A stretch of DNA of 64,000 bases, taken from a virus. Taxonomy: Duplodnaviria > Caudoviricetes. Each line of letters opens with the position of its first letter. Positions within the stretch are counted from its first letter, which is position 1. The translations under genes and the position numbers were made by a program. The notes under the pieces are model-generated. The model was not told the DNA's origin. It saw only the letters and a program-made list of their open reading frames with translations, and ran no database searches. Where the stretch lies: the IMG/VR virus record IMGVR_UViG_3300021426_000009, positions 10,121 to 74,120 of that record. One strand, given 5' to 3'. Positions 1-8,695 of the stretch are shown piece by piece.

Positions 1-165
1 GGGACGTACTACTGCGGAAACAACCATTTCACCCAGCACCTGATTGAGAAGTGGCAGTCGTTCGAGAGCAGAGGGGACGCACGTATGCTGTTCTTCTATT
101 GCGAGCTTGACAGCAATCTCAGGAAGCAGTTGATCGATTGGGTAATGGAGAACTATAGAGGATAG
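1..165 (+). CDS. Partial hypothetical protein (5' end outside window)
   Basis: Frame 1 is open from base 1 (GTYYCGNNHFTQHLIEKW...) to TAG at 163-165, followed by the next ATG at 169; codon usage is phage-like. Confidence 0.6.
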   Translation, partial: GTYYCGNNHFTQHLIEKWQSFESRGDARMLFFYCELDSNLRKQLIDWVMENYRG

Positions 166-168
166 GTT

Positions 169-375
169 ATGACGGTAGGAAAATATATCGAGTATCTGAA
201 GACACTCGACCCAGGAAAGGGGATATGGGTGCGGTATGATGGCTCAAATGATTTTGCAGCCGGAATGAGAAAGCCAGTGGTAGAGGGCACTGTCAGTAAA
301 GCCCTTTCCGAATACTCAAAGAAATGGCTTGATGAAGATGTTGAAGAAGGTGACTACTTCATCGATGTAAGTTAG
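169..375 (+). CDS. Hypothetical protein, 68 aa
   Basis: ORF track; its stop overlaps the convergent integrase stop. Confidence 0.65.
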   Translation: MTVGKYIEYLKTLDPGKGIWVRYDGSNDFAAGMRKPVVEGTVSKALSEYSKKWLDEDVEEGDYFIDVS

Positions 376-1583
376 AGTCCGAGAACGTAGTCAATGACCT
401 TGCGGTTTGCCTCGTCGACCTTCCGATAGTCGGAATTGATATAGATGGCTGTCGTCTTGTTGCCATAGGAATGGCCCAAGGCGGCAGTTATTGTCTCCCG
501 AGGTATGCCGATGCTGTCGGCTATCGTCGCCCATGTGTGTCTGGCCACATAGACGGACAGGCCGGGAAAGGCGGGATGATACACGAGTGTCTTCCTGCCG
601 TTGACGATGACGTGCTCACGGGTGCCGATCTGCTTCAGAGCCCTGTTCACGGAACTGGTGAAGGTATGGGCATCCTTGTATCTCTCGGAGAGGGACAGCA
701 GCTGCCTGGTGCCTCGGTAGCGGTCTATGATTTCCTGAGCCTCGGGCTCGACCTTGATGTTATACATGCGGTAGGTCTTGGAACGCTGATACACAACTCT
801 CCCATCAACGACTTCGAGGCCGTCACAGAGGTCTACAAGGTTGATTCCGATGAGATAAAAGACCAGCTTAAACAAATCCACATACTTCCGCTGATGAGGC
901 AACACGGGGTAGTTGAACAGCTCCCTCAGCCTCTCCACGCTGTAGGCACGCTTGGCGGTTGGCACGGGACGTACCATGAACTTGCGGAAGGGATAGTAGG
1001 AGGTCACGTCATTGTCGATGGCATCGTTGAACACGGCACGTATGTTCCTGAAATGGATGGAACGTGTGTTCTGCGATGGCTCGAAGTCCGTCAGGAACAG
1101 GTCGAACCTCGTCAGCCAGTCCTTGGTGATCTGCTCGAAGGAGAGTGTGCCAACCTTGGAGTCGAACTGCTGCAGGCGCTTCATGGTCGCCTCGTAGATT
1201 TCACGGGTACGTTTCTTCTTGCGTGTCTGGGTGTACTGCCTGAAGCGCACCATGAAGAGGCTGCCGTCCTCGCTGGGGTTGAGCATGCCTACGATGGTGT
1301 TCTTGATTTGGACGGCCGTCATCTTGGTCAGCTTCCCCTCGGTGGTCAGCCGGAACAGGAGGTTGTCGACTCTCTGCTTCTGACTCTGCAGGTAGGCATT
1401 GATGGCCGTCTTGTTGGGATTGTCCTTGACCCTGCCGTGTTCCTTGTCCCACTGGCTGGGCAGTACCCTCACGTCGAGGGATATGTATGCGCCCTGCCTG
1501 TTCTTGGTAATCTTGAGCTTTAGGGGAGCGGCCTCCCCATACTTCACAGCCCTTGTGTCGAGATAGAATTTCGTCGTTGCCAT
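372..1583 (-). CDS. int: Tyrosine recombinase / phage integrase (Bacteroidetes type with N-terminal arm-binding domain)
   Basis: Likely start MATTKFYLDTR at 1583. Catalytic motifs YVARHTWAT (HxxR), LGH and downstream Tyr (TAIY). Adjacent to att core. Confidence 0.95.
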   Translation of the reverse strand: MATTKFYLDTRAVKYGEAAPLKLKITKNRQGAYISLDVRVLPSQWDKEHGRVKDNPNKTAINAYLQSQKQRVDNLLFRLTTEGKLTKMTAVQIKNTIVGMLNPSEDGSLFMVRFRQYTQTRKKKRTREIYEATMKRLQQFDSKVGTLSFEQITKDWLTRFDLFLTDFEPSQNTRSIHFRNIRAVFNDAIDNDVTSYYPFRKFMVRPVPTAKRAYSVERLRELFNYPVLPHQRKYVDLFKLVFYLIGINLVDLCDGLEVVDGRVVYQRSKTYRMYNIKVEPEAQEIIDRYRGTRQLLSLSERYKDAHTFTSSVNRALKQIGTREHVIVNGRKTLVYHPAFPGLSVYVARHTWATIADSIGIPRETITAALGHSYGNKTTAIYINSDYRKVDEANRKVIDYVLGL

Positions 1584-1588
1584 ATCGG

Positions 1589-1927
1589 TTTGCACGTTAT
1601 TTGCACGCAAAGTGTTAAAAGACTCTCTCAGAACCCCCTGTTTACGGACATTTCGCAAAAAAGTGCTTTGCACGCTATTTGCACGCATTCAGGTGCAGAA
1701 GAGGTCAAAATGGTGCAAAATGGTTCAAAAGCAAGAATGCCCACCGACGTGGGTGAGCATCCTGAAAGCCCTTTGTTTACTGGGGTTTTAGCGGAGAGAA
1801 CAGGATTCGAACCTGCGAAACGATTTTGTCGTTTACACGCTTTCCAGGCGTGCATCCTCGCTATGTATGTTGTTAATTTACAGAGAGTTGCGAACACCGA
1901 GTTTTTGATTTGCACGCTATTTGCACG
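1589..1927. repeat. Three tandem pairs of TTTGCACG(T/C)TA-TTTGCACG, putative integrase arm-type sites
   Basis: TTTGCACG at 1589, 1600, 1667, 1678, 1909 and 1920; 11-bp spacing within each pair; pairs lie on both sides of the tRNA-derived core. Confidence 0.8.
1792..1853 (-). mobile_element. attP core: 3' portion of tRNA-Ser(GGA)
   Basis: Minus strand reads CACGC-CTGGAAA-GCGTG (anticodon GGA), a long variable arm, GCAGG-TTCGAAT-CCTGT and TCTCTCC-G. The 5' acceptor strand and D-arm are absent. Confidence 0.88.
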
Positions 1928-2046
1928 TTTTTCGGTTTCTTGACCCTAATCTAACGTATCAGTAGTGCCCTGCTCGAGACACCATCACCATGAGAGAGAA
2001 CACATCGGGCATAATGCCCTCAAATGTTAAACATTGTTAGCAAATA

Positions 2047-2097
2047 GAATATTCTAAGGATATTCTTCGTTTTTTCAGAAACTTTTTGCTACCTTTG
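2047..2097 (+). promoter_or_regulatory. Bacteroidetes-type promoter (-7 TACCTTTG at 2090-2097) with near-palindromic operator GAATATTCTAAGGATATTC at 2047-2065
   Basis: Matches the TAnnTTTG consensus; operator and -7 context are shared with the 4241-4280 promoter. Confidence 0.7.
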
Positions 2098-2167
2098 CAC
2101 TATCATTTATAAACAATGGTGCAAAAGTACTAAAAATGTACGTGCACACAAAGAAAAGTCCGAAGAA

Positions 2168-2536
2168 ATGTCAGAAACGACTGCAATTTTATCAGAAATT
2201 AAGGTTTCGGGAGCCAAAAAGCCGTCCGAACGGGATTTCATCAGGGACATCGTCAAGAAGATCGAGGAGCGCATCCTCATGGAATGCCTGACAAGTAACG
2301 ACGTGTTCCTGCGGGTCGACTACAGGTCTGGCAGCGTCGAGGTGAGGATGACGAGCAGTGGAGAGAACGAGGTCGTGGTGTACCACTCAGGCAACGACCA
2401 TGAGTCACCAGTGCTCGAGGCCACCATCACGGGCATGCTGCCGGACTGGTGGGCAATCCATGATATGGCGGTCGAGGAGGACAGGAAGGAACAGGAATTT
2501 CAGAGATACCTGTGGGACAACTGCAGGTACTGGTAA
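2168..2536 (+). CDS. Hypothetical protein
   Basis: ORF track; first gene after the 2090 promoter. Confidence 0.7.
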   Translation: MSETTAILSEIKVSGAKKPSERDFIRDIVKKIEERILMECLTSNDVFLRVDYRSGSVEVRMTSSGENEVVVYHSGNDHESPVLEATITGMLPDWWAIHDMAVEEDRKEQEFQRYLWDNCRYW

Positions 2537-2559
2537 TATTCATCTAAAAGGCAAGAGCA

Positions 2560-2775
2560 ATGAAAGAAACAAGAGAAATGTTGTCCCTTTGGAAGCATTC
2601 AGTACAATGGGAGAAGATGACAAGTAGGCAGAAGGCATTATCGGTATGGTTCTCCCTGTCGTTCGTGATGGTCGGAGCATGTGGCGGCGATATGCTGCCC
2701 TTGGCCCTGGCCTTGGTGAATTTCGGTGCAGCGACGTACTTCTGCGTGAAAAACGTCCCAATGGAGGAGGAATGA
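2560..2775 (+). CDS. Small membrane protein (two hydrophobic segments)
   Basis: Hydrophobic stretch ALSVWFSLSFVMVGAC...LALALVNFGAATYFCV; AAGAGCAATG start. Confidence 0.7.
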   Translation: MKETREMLSLWKHSVQWEKMTSRQKALSVWFSLSFVMVGACGGDMLPLALALVNFGAATYFCVKNVPMEEE

Positions 2776-2978
2776 CCATGGAGAGAATGACAAGAACTGC
2801 CCCCACCACCCAGCAGAAGACGCTGTTCGTGGACGTGATGCTGCACGAGAGGTTCGTGTTCACTCTGAAGTACAAGTTCTGTCCCCTGTTCAAGCTGAAG
2901 CTGGAGGACATCGTGGAGAAGGTATTCGAGGCAAGGCCATCCCTGAAGGGCAAGCCGATAGAACTTTACATCGACTGA
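2772..2978 (+). CDS. Hypothetical protein
   Basis: ATGA overlap with the previous gene; in frame with ORF 2646..2978. Confidence 0.65.
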   Translation: MTMERMTRTAPTTQQKTLFVDVMLHERFVFTLKYKFCPLFKLKLEDIVEKVFEARPSLKGKPIELYID

Positions 2979-2979
2979 T

Positions 2980-3183
2980 ATGGTAAACGAGGAACCTCAG
3001 GTATCTCCGACTGCAAGGTACAGCATAGGAGAGGCGGCACAGATACTGGGCATCCACAGGAACACGCTCAGGAGACACACGAACATCGGTCCGTTAGGGA
3101 TCGACTGTAAGCACAGGAAGTCCAACGGACGTAAGTACTATACGGGGCTGGACATAGTCAGGTTCTGGAGAGCAAGCGTTTAG
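2980..3183 (+). CDS. Excisionase-like / MerR-type HTH DNA-binding protein
   Basis: YSIGEAAQILGIHRNTLRRH is a classic Xis/MerR-type HTH; near attP. Confidence 0.8.
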   Translation: MVNEEPQVSPTARYSIGEAAQILGIHRNTLRRHTNIGPLGIDCKHRKSNGRKYYTGLDIVRFWRASV

Positions 3184-3186
3184 GAT

Positions 3187-3459
3187 ATGGCACAGACTAT
3201 CTTTGATTTCGAGACGAACAGGAATGCGGTGATAATCCACTATCCGCACCTGTACCCGTATGGGCCTGCATACGAAGGCGAGAGACCGACTGGATGCGTG
3301 GTACGCTTCCATGGCTACTCCATCAGCGCCTCAGTCTATCAGAAGGGCTTCAGGGTGTTCAAGAACAGCGAGAACCTGTCGAAGCCGTTCCCTACTCTCA
3401 GGGAGGCAAGGAACTTCATCATCGACAGGGTGAACAAAAGACGAAGGCTTTTCAGCTGA
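3187..3459 (+). CDS. Hypothetical protein
   Basis: ORF track; operonic spacing. Confidence 0.6.
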   Translation: MAQTIFDFETNRNAVIIHYPHLYPYGPAYEGERPTGCVVRFHGYSISASVYQKGFRVFKNSENLSKPFPTLREARNFIIDRVNKRRRLFS

Positions 3460-3464
3460 AAGCC

Positions 3465-3803
3465 TCACACATCACTTGAGCCGTCAGCCTTTGGTTGGCG
3501 GCTTCTGTTTTTCCACTTGACAGGTACGGGCACGTCGGTGCCGTCACGGAAGACAGGCCCATCCCCAGTGAGCAGCCATGTGCCGGAGACACCGAAGTCC
3601 CTGACGAGCGGTGTAAGCACCTCGGGCTTCAGGACGGTGTTGTCTGGACTCTCCTTGACATGCTGGAGGTTGCGTCTGTTGATTCCGTACTTGGACGTGT
3701 AGGTCTGGAGACCCCTGAGGTGCCTCGCATCGGTCAGCATGTCAATCACCCTGAAGAAGCGCTCGGTGACGGCCAGCCCGTCCGTGTTGATACTCATTGC
3801 CAT
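3465..3803 (-). CDS. Putative HTH DNA-binding protein co-transcribed with the repressor
   Basis: Ends in SGTWLLTGDGPVF, resembling the C-terminal end of phage repressor HTH domains; 2 bp from the upstream gene. Confidence 0.6.
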   Translation of the reverse strand: MAMSINTDGLAVTERFFRVIDMLTDARHLRGLQTYTSKYGINRRNLQHVKESPDNTVLKPEVLTPLVRDFGVSGTWLLTGDGPVFRDGTDVPVPVKWKNRSRQPKADGSSDV

Positions 3804-3805
3804 GA

Positions 3806-4204
3806 CTATTCGAATTTGCGTTCAAGGATGGAGATCAGCCTCTCGAGGTTCTGAGCGTTTAGCTTGTTGGCCTCGGCATTCATCAGGTTGGCATCAGCGT
3901 TCTTCTTGCCAAGTGCTATGAACTCCTGCATCATCCTCACCATCGCCACCATGCTCGAGCCCTGGTCATCAGTCTTAGGATATTCTAAGTCCGTGTCGTG
4001 GTTCAGCATCTCACCGAAGCCGGTCTTCAGCCAGTTGACGTTCAGCTCGGGAAAGCCTTTCTCTATGAGCAGCAGGGATCCGTCCGTGATGTTGTCGTTC
4101 ACCTTGCTGCAGAATCCGTTCGATAGCCCGCACTTGCGTTCAAATGCGGACGGCTTGAGGTTCTTTGCCTCCAAAAAGGAGTACAGCCTGTCTTTTATGC
4201 CCAT
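3806..4204 (-). CDS. CI-like phage repressor (HTH, no S24 peptidase domain seen)
   Basis: IKDRL..FL..K......FE.KCGLSNG and FPELNVNWLKTGFGEML motifs typical of Bacteroidetes phage repressors; divergent from a Cro-like gene. Confidence 0.8.
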   Translation of the reverse strand: MGIKDRLYSFLEAKNLKPSAFERKCGLSNGFCSKVNDNITDGSLLLIEKGFPELNVNWLKTGFGEMLNHDTDLEYPKTDDQGSSMVAMVRMMQEFIALGKKNADANLMNAEANKLNAQNLERLISILERKFE

Positions 4205-4240
4205 ATAAGTTAAAAATAATTAAGCAATAGCATTTTCTAC

Positions 4241-4280
4241 GGATATTCTTAGGATATTCCGAATAAATTTGCTACCTTTG
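4241..4280 (+). promoter_or_regulatory. Rightward (lytic) promoter, -7 TACCTTTG at 4273-4280, with operator GGATATTCTTAGGATATTCC at 4241-4260
   Basis: Lies in the cI/cro intergenic region; repeats the 2047-2097 motif. Confidence 0.72.
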
Positions 4281-4318
4281 CACTACCTATTTAATATAAT
4301 AATGCAAAATTAGCAAAA

Positions 4319-4567
4319 ATGAGCGAAAGAAACAAGGAAAATCAGGAAAAAGTTCGAAAAATGACCCTCAAGGGCTATTATTCGCAACTACCAGATGCGA
4401 CTCATCCGAAGACGGACTTCGTGAATGAGGTGGCCATCGAGGCGGGAGTCTCCGCTGCCACCGTCAGGAACTGGGTCATCTACGGCATGCGTCCGCAGAA
4501 CAAGAGTCATGTGGAGATCCTGTCCCGAAAGACGGGTATCTCGGTTGAAGACCTTTGGGAAGATTGA
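4319..4567 (+). CDS. Cro-like HTH regulator
   Basis: VAIEAGVSAATVRNW HTH; divergent from the repressor. Confidence 0.75.
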   Translation: MSERNKENQEKVRKMTLKGYYSQLPDATHPKTDFVNEVAIEAGVSAATVRNWVIYGMRPQNKSHVEILSRKTGISVEDLWED

Positions 4568-4568
4568 T

Positions 4569-5117
4569 ATGGAAGGCTACGAGTTCTATACGATTGACGG
4601 AGAGGTCTGGTACATCACTTCAGACGGAAGGAACGAGAGGCTGGATGAGTCCAAGACGGAAATTATAGCCCAGCTGATCGACAGGATGATGGAGTGCTAC
4701 CCCGAGGCATACAAGGCTTTGTCCGAGTACTACTCGAAGGTGGCATTGAACGTCAGCCGCTACAGGTTCATGATTGCACGTCGCTTCTGCAAGTGCAACT
4801 TCGGCAACCTCGATACGGCTGAAATGGACTGCAGGCAGTCTCAGGTGTTCAGCTTCGAGAAGGTTCAATGCCCTCTCCGAGGCGAATGTCCATATGAGAG
4901 TATCGTCTGCATGCCGAAGTTCAACTCATCCCTTTCGAAGAAGGAGCTGGAGGTAATGAGGCTTGTCTATGAGGGATGCAGCAACGAGCAGGTGGCCGAA
5001 AGGCTGTACCTCTCGCCATTCACGGTGAAGAACCACATCAAGTCGGTTTACGCTAAGCTGGGCATCCACGAGAAGTCTGAGTTCATCCAGTACGCTAATA
5101 AGAATAGTTTGTTTTAG
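4569..5117 (+). CDS. LuxR/NarL-type HTH transcription regulator with Cys-rich N-terminal part
   Basis: LSKKELEVMRLVYEGCSNEQVAERLYLSPFTVKNHIKSVYAKLG is a LuxR HTH; CPLRGEC motif upstream. Confidence 0.9.
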   Translation: MEGYEFYTIDGEVWYITSDGRNERLDESKTEIIAQLIDRMMECYPEAYKALSEYYSKVALNVSRYRFMIARRFCKCNFGNLDTAEMDCRQSQVFSFEKVQCPLRGECPYESIVCMPKFNSSLSKKELEVMRLVYEGCSNEQVAERLYLSPFTVKNHIKSVYAKLGIHEKSEFIQYANKNSLF

Positions 5118-5151
5118 TTAACATTATGTGTAATTCAAAATTTCAAGAGCA

Positions 5152-6099
5152 ATGAGTTTATTTAAGAAACCAAGCGAGTTAGAGTTTGTGACCACCATCA
5201 AGATGCTGGTCTATGGTCAGCCGGGTATCGGCAAGTCAACAATGGCACTGAGTGCACCCAATCCCGTCCTGTTCGACTTCGACGGAGGTGTACAACGAGT
5301 AAACGTAGCGTTCCAGTGTCCGACGCTGCAAGTGAAGAGCTGGGAGGAAGCACTCCAGGCCCTCGATGAGTTAAAGGCTGGCGAGGTCGATTGCAAGACA
5401 ATCGTGATTGACACGGCAGGAAAGATGCTGGACTTCATGTCCGACTACATCATGCGTAACGACTCGAAGATGAAGCAGCGTGACGGCTCTCTCAGCCTGA
5501 AGGGCTATGGCGCCCGTAAGGTGATGTTCCAGAATTTCCTCCTTCAGGTGGCCCAGATGGGCAAGAACATTGTCTTCGTAGCACATGAGCGTGAGGAGAA
5601 GGACGGTGATACAAAGATCGTCCGTCCGGAGATTGGCGGTTCTTCAGCAGGCGACCTGATGAAGGAGCTTGACCTCGTCGGCTACGTTCAGGCCGTCGGT
5701 TCTGACCGTACCGTGTACTGGACACCTCAGGAGAAGTTCTATGCCAAGAACACCTGCAATCTCCCTGCATGGCAGAAGATACCTGTCATCGTTGACGAGA
5801 AGGGCAACGTGACACAGCAGAACGACACGCTGCAGAAGGTGTTCGCCTACTACGAGGCCAACGTGAAGAAGATCGAGGAGACACGCAAGCGCTACAACGA
5901 GCTCCTTGACGAGATTGAGGTGGCCATCGAGAACATCACGGATGCCAAGTCTGCCAATGAGTTTGCCAAGGCCATCGGCACGACGGAGATTATCTGGGAC
6001 AGCAAGGTTCGTGCCCGTGAGCTGTTCAAGGCCAAGGTAGAGCAGCTGAAGCTGAAGTGGAACTCTAAGTCGAAGACCTATGAAGACGCTGCAGCCTGA
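5152..6099 (+). CDS. AAA ATPase (Sak4-like recombinase)
   Basis: Walker A GQPGIGKS, Walker B TIVIDT, AHE motif. Confidence 0.85.
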   Translation: MSLFKKPSELEFVTTIKMLVYGQPGIGKSTMALSAPNPVLFDFDGGVQRVNVAFQCPTLQVKSWEEALQALDELKAGEVDCKTIVIDTAGKMLDFMSDYIMRNDSKMKQRDGSLSLKGYGARKVMFQNFLLQVAQMGKNIVFVAHEREEKDGDTKIVRPEIGGSSAGDLMKELDLVGYVQAVGSDRTVYWTPQEKFYAKNTCNLPAWQKIPVIVDEKGNVTQQNDTLQKVFAYYEANVKKIEETRKRYNELLDEIEVAIENITDAKSANEFAKAIGTTEIIWDSKVRARELFKAKVEQLKLKWNSKSKTYEDAAA

Positions 6100-7030
6100 C
6101 TACGCATTCTCTCCATCCCTGTTGGATGCCTTCCAGCGCATGGTCGACACCAAGGCAGAAGATTTCTTCTACAAGGACGAGGCCGGTGCATGGCACCTCA
6201 ACTGGAATGAGACGGAAGAGACGCTCCACTTCTCCGAGGAGGAGGTGGACGCTCTTCTGAAGCAGGAGTTCATCGACAAGGTGAACAAGGTTCCAGAACC
6301 TCCTTCCGAGGCTGCAAGCAAGGGAACTGCGTTCAACGAGATCGTGGACTGCCTGGTGAAGAAGTGCAAGCCATCGAACCCTGCCATCGTCATCAAGACG
6401 GTGCGCAGCGGTGAGGACCTGTATGATGCTCGGGTCAGGAAGCTCTCATACGAGGCCGACTGCCTCGGCAAGGACGTCATGCCAGAGACCCTTCAGAAGG
6501 AGGACAGCATGGCTCAGTTCGCAAAGATAGGCTCTCCCTTCATCTACGCTGCCATCGACGGCTTCGAGTTCATGTACGACAAGGACTTCTGCCTCGGGGC
6601 TGCCGAGTATTTCAAGGACTGCATCTGCCAGTACTACACGAAGAGCCTGATAGAGACCTCCAAGGGTGTCGTGGAGCTTCACGGCTACATCGACTACCTG
6701 CGGTACGACAGGCTGTTCGATGCCAAGACCACCAAGCAGTATGCCTTCGGCAACTATCAGAAGAAATGGCAGAGGTACACCTATCCGTTCACGCTGATAG
6801 AGTCGGGCATGATGAAGGACGTCACGTCGTTCGAGTTCACCATCTATGTCCTGAAGGGAGGGTCGAGCCGTACACCGCTCATCACGGGCACCCAGTACAA
6901 GGAGGCCTACACTTACGACCATGAGCAGGCACGCATGATGCTCACGCAGCAGTGCGAGAGGGTTATCGAGTTCCTTGAGGAGAACAGAAGTCTAATCACG
7001 AACATGAAGGTGTTCGGTCAAACAGAATAA
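6080..7030 (+). CDS. PD-(D/E)XK-type exonuclease (recombination)
   Basis: FSPSLLD at N-terminus and HGYIDYL...FDAKTT motif; coupled to the Sak4-like gene. Confidence 0.65.
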   Translation: MKTLQPDYAFSPSLLDAFQRMVDTKAEDFFYKDEAGAWHLNWNETEETLHFSEEEVDALLKQEFIDKVNKVPEPPSEAASKGTAFNEIVDCLVKKCKPSNPAIVIKTVRSGEDLYDARVRKLSYEADCLGKDVMPETLQKEDSMAQFAKIGSPFIYAAIDGFEFMYDKDFCLGAAEYFKDCICQYYTKSLIETSKGVVELHGYIDYLRYDRLFDAKTTKQYAFGNYQKKWQRYTYPFTLIESGMMKDVTSFEFTIYVLKGGSSRTPLITGTQYKEAYTYDHEQARMMLTQQCERVIEFLEENRSLITNMKVFGQTE

Positions 7031-7033
7031 GCA

Positions 7034-7513
7034 ATGGCATTTCAGATTACAGGAAAGATCGAGCTGATTGGTGAGATTACCACCAAGGCTTCGAAGAACG
7101 GTGGACAGCCGTTCCAGAGTAGGGAGTTCGTCCTTGATGCCACACGTTTCAACCCTGACACGGGCGAGCCTTGGGAGAACCATCCAAAGTTCGAGCTCAG
7201 CAGCCGGAACGTGAACATCATAGACGGCTTCCAGATCGGACAGAGGGTGACTGTCGAGTTCGCCCTGAGAGGCGCTAAGTATGCTGACAAGGAGACTGGA
7301 GAGATAAAGTACTTCACCTCTATCAGTGCGTTCAGAATCACACCTGCCGAGCAACAGCAGGGTCAGGCACAGCAGGGTCAGGCTCAACAGCCTGCCCAGG
7401 CACCAGCAGCTGCACCGCAGCCTGCCGTCCAGCCTGCAGCCCAGCCGTTTCCACCGCAGGTTGACGAGAACGGGAACCCAGTTAGCGGAAACGCAGACGA
7501 CTTGCCCTTCTGA
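7034..7513 (+). CDS. DUF3127-like single-stranded DNA-binding protein
   Basis: FQITGKI, REFVLD and GQRVTVEFALRG motifs; Q/P-rich tail ending DDLPF. Confidence 0.85.
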   Translation: MAFQITGKIELIGEITTKASKNGGQPFQSREFVLDATRFNPDTGEPWENHPKFELSSRNVNIIDGFQIGQRVTVEFALRGAKYADKETGEIKYFTSISAFRITPAEQQQGQAQQGQAQQPAQAPAAAPQPAVQPAAQPFPPQVDENGNPVSGNADDLPF

Positions 7514-7515
7514 CC

Positions 7516-7971
7516 ATGGCGCTGTTCAATCTACACAACCCCTACGAGGCCCAGCAGTTCAAGGCCTACTGCAACAAGGTCTATGAGGAGTGCATCAAGG
7601 CACCCCTCGGCCTTGTGGAGGTCAAGAAGAAGCACAGGCAGAGGTCCGACTCTCAGAACAGATACCTGCATGTGTGCCTCGGCTACTATGCCTCGGAGTT
7701 CGGCTATTCGCTTGACGAGGTCAAGCAGGACATCTTCAAGCGGAAGCTGAACAGGGACATCTTCGAGGTTGAGAGGACGAACAGACGTGGGGAGAAGGTC
7801 AGGAGACTCAGGAGCACAAGAGACCTCGACACGGCGGAAATGACAACGGCCATAGAGCGGTTCCGCAACTGGTCGAGCGCAGTGGCGGGTCTCTATATCC
7901 CCTCCCCCAACGAGACAGAGGCTCTCTTCGCTGCACAGAAGCAGATGGAGGAGTACGAGCAGTATTTATGA
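7516..7971 (+). CDS. NinB/YbcN-like recombination protein
   Basis: RSDSQNRYLH and STRDLDTAEMTTAIE motifs. Confidence 0.65.
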   Translation: MALFNLHNPYEAQQFKAYCNKVYEECIKAPLGLVEVKKKHRQRSDSQNRYLHVCLGYYASEFGYSLDEVKQDIFKRKLNRDIFEVERTNRRGEKVRRLRSTRDLDTAEMTTAIERFRNWSSAVAGLYIPSPNETEALFAAQKQMEEYEQYL

Positions 7972-7987
7972 ACTAAAGTTTAATGAT

Positions 7988-8254
7988 ATGAAGAAGTTAA
8001 GCAGAAAAGAGATTGAAGAGAAGGTCAACGAGATTCTTGTTGACAAGTTATGTGTCACGGAAGAGGAGGTCAAGCCGGAGGCAAGCCTCGAGGACGACCT
8101 TGGAGCGGACAGCCTCGATGCCGTGGAAATCATCATGGAGATAGAGAGGGAGGTGGGCATCACCATTCCTGACGAAGAGGTGTCCGCCATGAAGTCATGT
8201 AATGTCAGCGACGTCTATGACATCGTTGAGAAGATTCAGAACCAGCAACGTTAG
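7988..8254 (+). CDS. acpP: Acyl carrier protein
   Basis: LEDDLGADSLDAVEIIMEIERE: intact phosphopantetheinylation Ser motif; acidic, 88 aa. Confidence 0.92.
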   Translation: MKKLSRKEIEEKVNEILVDKLCVTEEEVKPEASLEDDLGADSLDAVEIIMEIEREVGITIPDEEVSAMKSCNVSDVYDIVEKIQNQQR

Positions 8255-8258
8255 GACT

Positions 8259-8672
8259 ATGGAACAGGAAGTAAGATTGTATCTCTCGACCTACGACGCC
8301 CTGCAGAGGCAGTTGGAGACCAAGAAGGAGCGCATCGACGCACTGGAGAAGGAGAATGCACGTCTGAAGCAGGAGCATGAGGACGAGATCAGACAGTTAA
8401 CGGAAGAGGGCAAGGTACGCTGCATCGGTATCAAGAGACACCCATTCATTCCGTTCTTAGTCTCTGAGGAGAAGGAGTATAAGGGTTTCGATGACGTGAA
8501 GGCCGAAGTTGAGGAGCATTTCAAGGGAGAAATCCTCGACGATGAGGTGGCCAGGCGCTACGAGAAACTTCTCAAACAGGCCAAGGAACGTGAAGACCTC
8601 ATCGACAGGCTCAAGGCCGACAACAAGAGACTAAGGACACGTTCCCTGTGGGAGCGCATCAGAAACAAGTAG
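8259..8672 (+). CDS. Coiled-coil hypothetical protein
   Basis: ORF track; likely start MEQEVR at 8259. Confidence 0.65.
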   Translation: MEQEVRLYLSTYDALQRQLETKKERIDALEKENARLKQEHEDEIRQLTEEGKVRCIGIKRHPFIPFLVSEEKEYKGFDDVKAEVEEHFKGEILDDEVARRYEKLLKQAKEREDLIDRLKADNKRLRTRSLWERIRNK

Positions 8673-8695
8673 AACCATTTTAAAGTTAGAAGATT

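Noticed and set aside
471-1523. Long antisense ORFs (also 9471..10670, 13414..14811, 18294..19052, 41441..42469, 53118..54473 and similar)
   Set aside because: They overlap well-supported genes on the other strand and have no recognisable motifs; typical shadows of GC3-rich codon usage.
1792-1853. Functional tRNA-Ser gene
   Set aside because: The 5' acceptor strand and D-arm are missing; better explained as the att core.
2560-2775. Holin
   Set aside because: It is in the early xis operon with no endolysin nearby; no lysis cassette was recognised in the window.
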